DNA from: Dicyema japonicum
Taxonomy: Eukaryota > Animalia > Dicyemida
NCBI GenBank assembly: GCA_011109175.1
Contig: RDEW01000001.1
Location: 152,594 to 216,593, forward strand
Direction: 5' to 3'
DNA length: 64,000 nt
Under the pieces are notes generated by a model, which was not told where the DNA came from, searched no databases, and saw only the letters and a program-made list of their open reading frames with translations. This document shows, in pieces, positions 53,111 to 64,000 of this stretch. The translations under genes were made by a program, and so were the position numbers. How positions within the stretch are numbered: position 1 is the first letter of the stretch; the number at the start of each line of letters is the position of its first letter.

Positions 53111-53610
53111 TGCATTGCTTCCATTTAGTAACATTATATTTTGAGATTGGGATTATATATGCATTATAGATTTTCAGGCTCGTTGCTTTCATGCATTATA
53201 GATTAGATTCTGTTTGACTAATGTGTTTGAGTTTTTTGAAGAAAAATATAGATAATCTTTTTGTTTTTAAGTCTTTGTCATTTTAATATAAAATCTCAAT
53301 TTTATTTAATTTCTTTATATCTCGTCTCATTGGACCTTATTTCATTGTATGGTAGTAAAATATGAGAAAGTATATTCATTGAGCTCTTGATTACAAGAAG
53401 TCTACAGAAATGAAGTTTATATCAGAGCATTTATTGACTTTTGTTGCAACAAACTTAAGTTAATTTTCTGAAAAACTCTCGAAAACATTGCAGTTACATT
53501 ATTTAATTAAAATTTATAATCTACCATTTGAGATATTTTAATATTTATAAAACTAATAATATTTTAATAATTATTAAATAACTATTAAATAAATTAATAA
53601 TAACCTATAA

Positions 53611-54600
53611 ATGACCTTATCCTTGTGTGGATATGAATTATTAATTATTTTAATAAGTCCTGTAATTCTATATCAAATGGTTTATACAGATTTTGACTTT
53701 GGTCATTTAAATAACTTTCATAGAACATGTAATTTATTACATTTAAATCTTTGGAATGCACAGAATAAAGCAATTTTAAAAGGAATTATAGAAGTAACAT
53801 ATATGAAAGATCAAAAAGTTTGTAATTTTTATTAATATTAGAATATGAGTTTCATATTTAATAAAGAAAATGCAAAATTATACAAAATTTCATTAGGAGA
53901 TAAAATTTTACTTATTTTATCATCACAAAATATTGATTTATATTTTACGTTTTTCTTGGTCAATAGTAGGCAATATTACCTTGAAAAGATAGACTTATTT
54001 ATTTGTAATTACAATTATTCATTAGTAGATAATTCTGATAATTATACTATTGCACTTGATAGGCAATTGATTCATTATATAGAAGATTATGCTTGTCAGT
54101 TTATTATTAAAAAGTTTTCTTTCGATGTTTCACTCAATATTTCTTGTTTAAGAATCAAAATAATCAGTAATAGAGATACTAATGGATTTGGCTATCAAGG
54201 TATTGCTTATTTATTTTTAGGGCAATATTGTGAAAATTCTACATATAAGAAAGTCCATCGAAATATTAACCAAACTTCTATTATAATTAAACGCCCTACT
54301 AAAAGAGTGATTATTCCTAATATTAATAATTCTCCAAAAACAATTGATCCACATTCACAAAGAGCAACATTTACAAATGTTTATACTCCAATTATAACTA
54401 AACAACCAATTCGAAAAAAGATTAAAGATAGTTCAAATTCGTCTCATAATATTATCTCTCCAAATAATAATACTCCAATTAAAAGTAAATCACATAATCG
54501 AACAGTGATAATCGTCAGTATTACTTCGATCATATTGATTACAATAATGATCATTGTTTATTACAAGAGGAGGACAGACCTGTCGAACATACTAGATTAG
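53611..54600 (+). CDS. Family B predicted type-I membrane protein, apparently intact
   Basis: Hydrophobic leader; introns 53818-53841 (24 nt, contains the stop), 54005-54028 (24) and 54200-54220 (21); S/T/P/N-rich stalk; TM VIIVSITSIILITIMIIVYY; short basic tail KRR... Confidence 0.8.
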
Positions 54601-55064
54601 TATTAATTAATTATTAATATTTCATTTTAAATTTTTTCACGGGTTTTTTTTGCAGTTAATATCGCTTAATCTAAAATAGGATAGATAATGTTAAAATAGA
54701 TTTGGCTACTTTATTTTTAACTAATTGTGTTTAGGTATTTTTGTTCTAATAGACACAAAAATCTTTATTTACATCATTTTATAAATTTATTGAAATCTTT
54801 TGACGGTAGACGAAATTCTGACAAAAATTTAATTTTCCATATTTTTGACCAGAAAGGATCAACAGGACAATAAAATCATTGTATAGTGCATAGGTATTCT
54901 TCAAAATTATATAATAAATCCATTATTAAATACTGTTGATCTCAAATCCTTGTGTGAACTCTAAAACTCATAGCATATCATTTAAAAATAAGACATATAT
55001 GTAATTTTGGTGCAATTTAAGGAGCATCTTTCCATCTTTAATCTGTATTTCACTAGAAAAATTA

Positions 55065-55230
55065 AAAAGTTTCTTTCGATGTTTCACTCAATATTTCTTG
55101 TTTAGAATCAAAAATAATCAGTAATAGAGGGACTACCAATAAGGGCAACTTCATTTGAAGTTCTTGTGAAGAATTCCGGCGGAATATTCACCCAAAATAG
55201 AAGACCATCACAAGAACGGTGTAATCAAAA
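55065..55230 (+). repeat. Chimera of a family B exon fragment and a LINE fragment
   Basis: 55065-55130 matches 54112-54175; 55130-55230 matches 63745-63835. Confidence 0.7.
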
Positions 55231-55439
55231 TTGTGTCGATTCCCGAGACCGACACCGGGAAAAGATGAGAATATTGCTGAGAGAAAGCGCGACCACCTGA
55301 TGGCGTTTTCCTTTAATTAGTTTTACCAGGTGATTTTTGGCTTAATAAGAATCATAATCGAGCACATCCTTCGGATGACACCCCAAGGTGCAATCAACTA
55401 AATACCCATACTTTCAGAGAAATAAAACAATATCCAGTG

Positions 55440-56450
55440 ATACGGCAATTCCCAGACTGAAAAAAACAGGGCCCAGTGGATCTTTTTTGTTGGACTCCAG
55501 TGAACAATGGAATGGAGTATTGGCCATGTACCTGACTGGAAGGTTTCCATACGAGCTAAGAACATAGCTGTACACTGTTGGTTAGAATGTAAACAATCCT
55601 CTAGAATTGTATCGTGTTGAAGGCGTTTTTGATATCAATTTTGACGATTACATACGGAACATTTTCGTTCTTTTCAGTTTATGTGCGGACAGCGTGAAAC
55701 TACGGCTTCACAACCCCATGTGTGCTTTATTTCGATTGGGTTAGCTTTGTTATCAGCGTAGGCAGGGTTGCTCTGCATACAAGCTTTGAGGTCAACCGAC
55801 GAAAGACCTAGCCGACAGCTTAGGGCGAGTTCCCCCTACATTCTTGTCGAATGTGATTAACTTATCGGAGATCATTACGTGTCGAATTGTTTCTGGTATT
55901 GTCCCTGAGAGCATCTTGTTTATTAATTTGGTGATAGCCGACACGAGTTAGACATCAGATTTGCTTGTGTTATGATCAATGAGGTCTATGAGATCCCCTG
56001 GATGGAGCCCATCAAGTTCTCCACTGCTGCTCGGGACGAAAAAGATAATCATATCTTTTACGTCCTCTTTAGAGACAAATAGGTTAGTTAATTGTTTCGG
56101 ACAAGGCAAAATCCAATGGTCGTTGGGAGTACTTTGATATCACTCAACAAGTGCTGCGTAGGACTGTTTAGATGCCTCAATTATAAGGTTCTGATCTGTA
56201 AGAATCCTCACGGCAGGATGGATTCCACTTTCAGAAAGCTTTCGACGGATTGCATTTTGTAATCTTTGTGTGTCCGAGATAGTCGATGTTTGCTTCTCAT
56301 AGTTTTGGAAATCTGTAGGTGAGCTTTTCGGAGTCAGCCAATAAGTTCCCCGAGGTGAATATGTGGAATTTTCTTTAACTATTGACGTAAATGATGATTT
56401 CTCTTCTTTCACCCTCCTATGCATAGTGTGAATGGATCGAAACAAAATAA
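55440..56450 (-). mobile_element. Divergent CRE-clade RT remnant
   Basis: AIRRKLSESGIHPAVRIL, GGTRP.AVG, VKIDIKNAFNTI and GVQQKDPLGP. Confidence 0.75.
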
Positions 56451-57334
56451 TCGTACCCAGTTTTCAGATTCGTCCGAAGAGACTGCCCTTTCAATACACT
56501 TACCTAGACAGATATACGGGCAGTTTTGGAGAGTTGTCGTGTATGTTTCAGGATTGAGATCAATTTAAGTACTTCCTGATGATTTACTCTCTCATTTATA
56601 TTTGAAATCTCTTATATTTGAAAATCGGGTATAGATAGGAATCGTCTTCGGGTTAAAGACGACATGTGCTGGTCTCCAATAACATTACATGAGACATCCC
56701 TATTTTTCTGATAAATATGCAGGATTTTAAGTCATATTGATTTTTTGTTTAAAAATAAATTTCAATATTAAAAATTATAAACCCCAGAAAAAAGTTTGAG
56801 AATCAATACAAGGCAGATATAGACTTCTCTATTTTAAAGTAAAAACAGTGAATATTGAGGCATCACTGATGATGACGTCACTCACCATGTCAGGAAACTG
56901 ACGCCTTAAGCTGGAATAAACAGCAGCGAGTTTCTATTTGGAAGTGTGGTAAAAAATGACCAAATGAGTAACCTTGAGGAGTACCAGTATAAGTTGTGAA
57001 TGTTTCCGAATAACTATAACCCACATTAACCTTCAAGCAAGTATCTGAAAGAAATCGTATAATCCTAGGACAGTCTTCGTCAATAATGTCCTTGAAAAAA
57101 TCAGTTATTTCTAAATAACTGATTCTATTTTATAATTCGTCACTTCACCAGTCTAATAAGTTGTCCCCCTTACAGTCGCTTCGACGCGCAAGGGATTACC
57201 TCAATTGGAGTCTTGACTCTATCTTGTGTTCGACAAATATACTTTCTAATATTTTAATAATAGTGAAAATAATTATTAATATATAATTGTTAATATTTGA
57301 ATAATATTTGTGATTAAAGAGTAGTATTTACATA

Positions 57335-58511
57335 ATGCGACCATCTGACTCTGATAGAATGCCTGTTTTGGACTCAGCAAGCGAAGTGTGTGAGAGTGAC
57401 GCCAGTAGCATTGATGGGCCCTCATTCCGTCGAGTCCATCCTTCCCAATTATCGAAGGACCAACTGATAAGAGAACTGGAGACAGTTTACACAAAATGTG
57501 CCCAATACAAGGCAGATATAGACTTGTACAGAATGGAATGTAAAAATCTGAGGGATGAGAACAAAATGTGGAAGAAAAACAACGTGGAAATTGTAATATA
57601 TGTCATAATGCCCAGCAATCTCGAATAGAACAGGAGGAGGAAAACATAAGCAACACATTGATGAGGAAGATTGATGAACTCAAGAAGGACAAGGAGAGGA
57701 TATCCATGGCCTACGAATTTGAGGAGGAGTGTCTGACGAATGAACTAAGCAGAAAGCTGGAGAGAGTAAAAAAGGAAAAGAAGGAGTTGGAAGAGAATCT
57801 AGTGAAGGAACACAACTGCCACGTGGAAATGCTGCAGAGACATATTCGCTCATTGGAGGCTCAGGCGTCTGCTAAGGAGACTGCGTTGGAGAAAGTATAG
57901 TTTGTGATGACTGCAGTTGAGGAAGGATAAGATTGATTTGGAGAATGTGTTGGAACACGAACAGGAGGCATTGGTCAACAAACTATGTCGAAGGATTGAA
58001 AAATTGGAGGCTGAAAAGATGTTGTCCTCGCTTAATATTTAGTAACCTTATGAATCGACTAAGTGAGCAGTCCTCAGTGCCAGACCAGATTGATGTGAGG
58101 ACTTCTGAGACGATGTCTGTTGATAAGCTGTCCTCAACATACGCAAATATGAAGTCAGAGTTGGTGAATCTACGACAGCAACTTCATTCTCAGCAGAACT
58201 TTAGTAGTTTGTGGTGTAACTGTGTAGATATTGAGAAAGTAAAACAACTCTCTCAAGAGGAGTCTCAAATGAGGGCTCACAACCGAACTCTTAGACGGAA
58301 GGTTGGGGATAATGAGAAGATTAGACGACTTATATCGGAGAGTGAGTCGAGTGTGGATGATGACTGGTTGTGGTTTTTGTTATGTAGTATTCGTAATGAT
58401 ATCATAATGTCCCCGATACAGAGAAACAAGATGTTTCCTAAAAGGAATGATTCTGACTATAATAGTGAATTCTCACATACTCGACTGTCTTCGGTTGTCT
58501 GTCTGTTTTAA
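57335..58511 (+). CDS. CCDC6: Coiled-coil domain-containing protein 6 homolog (6 exons)
   Basis: Splicing introns 57593-57615, 57895-57916, 58021-58042, 58204-58227 and 58367-58387 gives [52 protein letters not shown] and SESESS, all matching CCDC6. Confidence 0.92.
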
Positions 58512-58769
58512 TGGTAGACAAATGAATTTAAGGCTCCCTCTAATCAGACACGAGATAGTCCTGGGGATACTAGAAGAAGTTGATTTTTCTGTTATTTTCG
58601 ACTATTGTCTTGTTTGTCACGTTTAGTCAATAATTAATAAAGTTTTACAAATTCAATGTTTAAATTTTACTTATTTGAGTTAAAAGGTGACTTGACATCT
58701 CTGACAAATTGCATATTATAAAAAGCACTTCCGAGAAAACACACATTAATTGTGCCTTATTCAGAATCA

Positions 58770-59400
58770 TCCTTTTTGTCAGCATAGAACATGATTTTCT
58801 TTTGCGCGCTAGTTCTCTTAGGTCGTCCGCCTAAGTTATTTTCATGCTAACCGCCGATTGGTCTTCATTCAAGATGGTCAAAAGTATCGTTCTTGGTCTT
58901 ACACGGAATCCGGATCCATTGCGATATTTGCGGGGACCTGGTCATTTAGACGTTACACGTAGCCAAAAGGCTCTATTTTGATTTGAAAATATCATCTAAT
59001 AGCACGCCGGATTTGCATTTATTAAAATGGTTTTCATTTGAGATTTTCATAAGCCTCTGTGTAAAGAATCAAGATGGTCTATTTCCCGTTTAGGGATTCC
59101 CCAAATCCCAGAATTGTAGGTTAGTACCGGGATGACAAAAGTCTTGTATACTCTAAGTTTGGTGTTTAATCTTATCTTCTTGTGGCCCCATATTGAAGAT
59201 ATTTTTTTCGATGCACTCAGCAAAGATCTCCTACTGATAATATCTTCAGAGTTTTCTAGAAGCGAGCCCACCTTCTTTTGCCTCTCCATGACTCGTCCGA
59301 TCAGTACGTGTAGGCGTTGTAAATACCGTTTTATCAGGATTTACGAATAAGAACCATGCTTGCCTAGCGAACTCTTTAATCGTGGAAGGACATGAAATAT
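58770..59400 (-). mobile_element. RTE-clade LINE 3' fragment
   Basis: WFLFVNPDKT, TKLRVYKTFVIPVLTYNSGIWG and RPRTILLTILNED. Confidence 0.85.
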
Positions 59401-59757
59401 GGACTCTAGTTGTGTCGACGATTGCTAATTACTTACCAAGAAATGTCCTCTGACAGCCAAAGTCCTTAAAGAAAAAAATACGCAACAGTAGGAAACAGTT
59501 GGCCTTCAAGCATGCAGCAGGCGAAACCTCGGGGATCACAAACCCATATCGCTTTCCTTTCTACGTGCCATTGGATCGTTGATAGCAAAGAGTATGAGGG
59601 TTAGCCGATTGAACCAATTTCCACCAAAAGAAGGAATGTCACAAACCACAATAACCACCTACTAATTACCTCTCCTAATCCTAAATATACAACTAGGAAG
59701 CCTAATAATTGTTATTATTCCCCAAAGACAAAACATATAAGACAATATATATATAAA

Positions 59758-60731
59758 TTAATCAGTACAAACACGTTTTGGTTGACTAGAGGATTGATCA
59801 ACTGGTGGTCTATCAAATTGAGGCCCACGTAACTACAATAATATATAATAAAACATTAAATCCGACACCCTGTTTGATATCAGTGGGAGTTAGTTGTATT
59901 ACTATGTGAAGTCTTTTAGCCACATCAAAATATGATAATAATAATACATTTATATTTTTCATCACCTCCCTCCAATGCATCCACCGTTTTCTACAATAAT
60001 AACAACACTACCTTATCACCCACGTATTCTGCCCCAAAGTAAAGACAGGCAGTGGCAATAAGCTTTGGATCAAATTGCAGGTTAAAGAAGGAAAATGCCA
60101 AACTAATAATAGTAAATGATGACCACCTTATTGTAGCCAAATGAATAGCCACTCTTAAGGTATCCTTTCTACAGTTGTATTGCTTATAAAACTCCCCTAT
60201 ATAGAAATGGGGGTGAGTTATATTCAGGTCCACTTCCAAAGACTCAACCAATACATCCTCAACTTTCATTATTTCCTTGCGTATTAACTTTGTTATATCA
60301 ACCAATAACCCCCTTTAACACTTCCTCTTTTAGATTTGAGTTTAATGCACTCTTCAGTCTCTCATACTCTACTTCAGTCACATCCCTTAATTGTCGATTC
60401 CTGTCCTCGTACTTTGACGCCAACAGAACACATGCAGATCCAACAGACTAAAGTCATAATATCACTCACTTCTTTCCTGAACATTGATACTGGCTGCTTA
60501 GTATAGAATCTGTGCATTAGAGTCAAGGCTGAACATTTTGTCAACAAGCCACTACATTTATGAGAAATATTACCATTTAAGTACGTGGCACATGTGAAAT
60601 ATGTACACTGATACCTTCTGACGACAGTAGAACTCTGTGTTAAATGATATGTTCAATAGACGACTGGGAGTATTGTCTAAAGTGTCGTCGTATGTAAAAT
60701 TCTTTGCTTTGTTGAAACGAGGGAGGGGCAT
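59758..60731 (-). CDS. Transcription-type cyclin (K/L/T/Q group; 3' exon structure partly uncertain)
   Basis: Introns 60573-60552, 60469-60448, 60309-60288, 60126-60103, 60011-59991 and 59854-59833 give NTPSR, LMHRFY, SACVLLASKYED..QLRDV, LEVDLNITHPH and LQFDPKLIATACLY; the last exon ends PKRVCTD*. Confidence 0.85.
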
Positions 60732-63369
60732 ATTACTAACAAACATTATTTAATAAATAGAGTGCAAATAATGCTAAAAGAGGCCAACTCCACCACCTCA
60801 ACAAAGATAGTTAACACTGTAATTTAATAATAAATCATTTATTCTATTATTTAATTAATTTTTAATATAATAAATATTAATTAATTACGTTTTTTGCATA
60901 TAAACAATATATTATATTATTACTACGAGATTTATGTCTTAAGTCCTTTTAAAGTGTTCATAATTATTTCTATTATTACCTTTTAGGAACATTATCGTTA
61001 TTTTCAAGGTTAGCTGATCCGGATTAACCTGACATAACTATGTCGTACAAGCCTTGTTATTCATTTATTGTATTTATTTTTTAAATATTTTTTAGAATTT
61101 AAAAAAATGTAAAAAATATAATATTAATGAATAATATTGACTGTTATTCTGATTTTTACTATAAATAGTAACTATTATTATGACTGCAAGTGCTTAACCG
61201 ATATTTTGCTACAAAATTTAAAGTGCGGCTGTTGGATATGAAGAAAATCGATGATATGACTATTTTCTTATTCTCGCATGGGGGATCTCTCGTTTGGGCT
61301 ATATGTCATCTCGTATATCGCCTCATACTTTGCATTTTCTGGCCATTCTGAAGAAGTAGTTAATAATTGGAGATTGCTTCCATTTTGCTCAATAGCTTCG
61401 AAACTTTTTAGTTCTAAGAATTGGCAAGAGTCGTTAATAAATTATGAAAGCAATCATGGTGCGACTTAGAAACCCTATGAACGGAAATGGTTCTCCCATC
61501 GTCTTAGAATCGCCTTCCTTTGATACACTGTTCATTGTCTTTTAGCAACTGTGTCTGATTTTTTTCTATTTCCCAGTAAATATAAAGTTTTTTTTTAAGT
61601 TTAGATTGCCACATTGTCGTACCCCACTTTATGATCTCTAATAACTTGATATTAAAGGCTTGATGCATCACCCAGAATAATACCCGATAACTCAATGGCC
61701 GTTCGATTTTGGAAATCTAACTCCAGACGTTTTGACACATGTAGATGATCTTCAGACGGCAACCATAATTCTAATGTCCCTTTTCAGATAGACTCGTAGG
61801 GTTCTTTTATTCCCCTCTGAGCTAATGGAAATGCGCTCGACAAACTTTTAAACAAAAAAACAGTTAATCCTCAACAGATTCAAGATTTCTAATTCGGACC
61901 GTATTTGATAGTAAACAGATCCTTTGACAGTATATAGGTCCAAAATATTTTTAGATTTTATTTGAAACCATAGTTGCCTTTTTGAACTCAGAAGAACAAG
62001 ATTTCTCTATTGGGGACATTCAAGATCACATCCATAGAGTCTTCCTCGTTGCTAATCATTGATGGAGATTGGAATGAAATAGTTTAATTTAAAAGCTTTA
62101 TCAGCCCATGCGGAAGGAATATAAGAACGTACCCTTATCTGTTTAACCAACTTTTTGAGAGTTCAAAAAAGATACTTCACTGAACCTTTTCGGTAAGACA
62201 GGTAATAAGTACCATGGGTTGATGATGCAATCAATAGGACAATTGGGACTAACTTCCCTCTAGTAAAGCATGGCTGGAAATTGCAAGAGATTCTCTCTTC
62301 CATACGTAAATATTCGAGAAATTCAATCGCCTTGAAAGTACCTTGTCTATCGAAGATATATTGAGATGGAGTTAGTGGATACACTGAGAATTGTGTTCCC
62401 TGATGACTTTGATTTAGTATCAAATGACAAGGAAGCACTTATACTACTACAAATATTATGCCAGACTAACTGACAAAAAACTGTGGACCTCCTTGAAGAT
62501 ACCGAGACAATGGGGGGAAATTACTATCAATGATAGCAATGAAAAAAAAGGTTTGTGGTGTTTGTGGTGGAAAAAAATAAACGTATCGTGGAAATAAAAG
62601 AAATGGACTCTACGAAAATCGTAGAAACGAAGTCATCTGACAAATGTTCATTTTGTTAAGACTCAGAATGTGAAATCCTCTGTTCTGCTTGGGAGATTTC
62701 TTCGACCTCGGATGTATCAAACTATCTCAGGTTGCTGTGAGCACATTTGATTTATCCTTCCTGCCTTTGCATAAGATTCCTAGTACCTATAAGAATACTA
62801 ACTTGTCTCCCAGTCGTATCGCAACCATGGACCCGAATCAATCTTACATCTCATCTCAGAGCTTGTTTTGATTTCAGAGGCCCTTTCGATATGATCGAGG
62901 ATGTACTCGGACAAACTAGACACATAATTTTGTGAGTCTGCTTATTTTTATGCCTTTTACGCTGGGACTTGTTCAAGAATGTCACGGAAAGGTCTCTCAC
63001 AGTTTTATACGGACAAAAACATCAGTTCTTTTATTCAATTCTCTGACTGCCCTACCTCTTAACAAAATACGGGAGAAAGTCAAAATTTATTAATTTGTTA
63101 AATTAATAAAGAGCACTTAATTTAGGGAGCTTTAAAGGCCATGCTATTTCGTCGACGATAGTCATCTAGATACGAAGCCATCCAGTCTCACGTGGATCCT
63201 TGGTGACCCTTTGGATCATTGAGGCTTCAGACTGACTAGATCCTCCAAAGTAAATTAATAAATCATTAAAACCATTTAATTATTAAAAACCGAAAGTTAT
63301 CTAATTAAACGTTTAAATTATTAGATTATTCTTGCACGATATTCCAATTGATTTGTACGAAAATTCGAT

Positions 63370-63840
63370 AACCCTTGTGTATGCCGATGACATAATATAT
63401 GCTTGCAAGGATATATGTGTTACGAGAGCTAAGACAAATTGCAAACTACTCTGGACAGACTTCATGAACGGTTGAAAAGAAGTTCAATGTAAAATTCCAC
63501 AGAAAAGTCCTCGACCTCTATTGTTACGTCGTTAGAAGACTATCAAGTTATTCTGCCGAACTATTTTTGAATCGTGAACTAATCCCACACAAGAAACAAG
63601 CAAAGATTCTGGGAGTAACATTTGACACCTAATGACCTTCAACACACATGTGGCAAAGATATGGATTTGCAGCTTGGGGAATAAAACGTGCCAGAACAAA
63701 CATGGATAAGATCAATCCATTATGACCAATCTCTGGAATAACAGGAGTACCAATAAGGGCAACCCTCATTTAAAGTCCTTGTGAGGAAGTCGGGCGACAT
63801 ATTCACCCAAAATGAAAAACCGCCATAAGAACGGTACTAT
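63370..63840 (+). mobile_element. Jockey/CR1-like RT C-terminal fragment
   Basis: LVYADDI and KILGVTFD; degenerate. Confidence 0.7.
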
Positions 63841-64000
63841 CGAAAACTTAAATTCGCTTAGTTTGCTAGTTTCTAACGGCGCACTAGTGAAACTATAACT
63901 ATTATGGTTTTACCTATGTCCTTTTAATAATATAGGATAATTGGTAGAGATGGGAAATTTACAGCTATTTTTCCGATGCGTCCGTTTCAAGTAGACAAAC

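Noticed and set aside
54185-54240. EGF-like domain in family B (GYQGQYCE after splicing)
   Set aside because: The upstream EGF cysteines are absent and the paralogs do not keep the GYxG motif.
56856-56908. Hammerhead-like CTGATGA-[TGAC...GTCA]-GGAAAC with complementary flanks
   Set aside because: There is an extra G before GAAA and no stem III or UH cleavage site, and the flanks pair in the wrong topology. It partly resembles the SINE body in antisense.
61200-63000. Several short ORFs as genes
   Set aside because: No recognisable motifs or consistent micro-intron splicing; probably decayed TE sequence.
1-64000. Alternative genetic code or programmed frameshifting to explain broken ORFs
   Set aside because: Conserved genes read through with the standard code once micro-introns are removed. 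TE lesions vary between copies and often fall in homopolymers, consistent with decay or sequencing error.

Overview
This is a eukaryotic, AT-rich, gapped scaffold, not a prokaryotic one. Hand-splicing gives two conserved genes near the right end: CCDC6 (57335-58511, +) and a transcription-type cyclin of the K/L/T/Q group (59758-60731, -). Both are split by GT-AG introns of only 21-24 nt. Those introns, a rhodopsin-type peptide GPCR and a ciliary dynein-2 fragment point to a ciliated animal with ultra-short introns, most likely a dicyemid mesozoan (inference). Most of the window is transposon-rich: RTE, Jockey/CR1/I-like, CRE-clade and R4-like non-LTR retrotransposons, a tRNA-derived SINE family, hAT and Tigger remnants, and a TGT...ACA non-autonomous element carrying a ~92-bp tandem array. 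It also holds two unrecognised multicopy gene families: family A, arrayed around the GPCR, and family B, predicted type-I membrane proteins with a conserved ectodomain and divergent stalks. Decayed RtcB and DYNC2H1 fragments are present. The best leads are a possibly microsporidian-derived R4-like element, family B, the TIR/tandem-array element and the frequent stop-free 3n micro-introns. No database searches were run, so family assignments rest on remembered motifs. No CRISPR, rRNA or functional tRNA gene was found.
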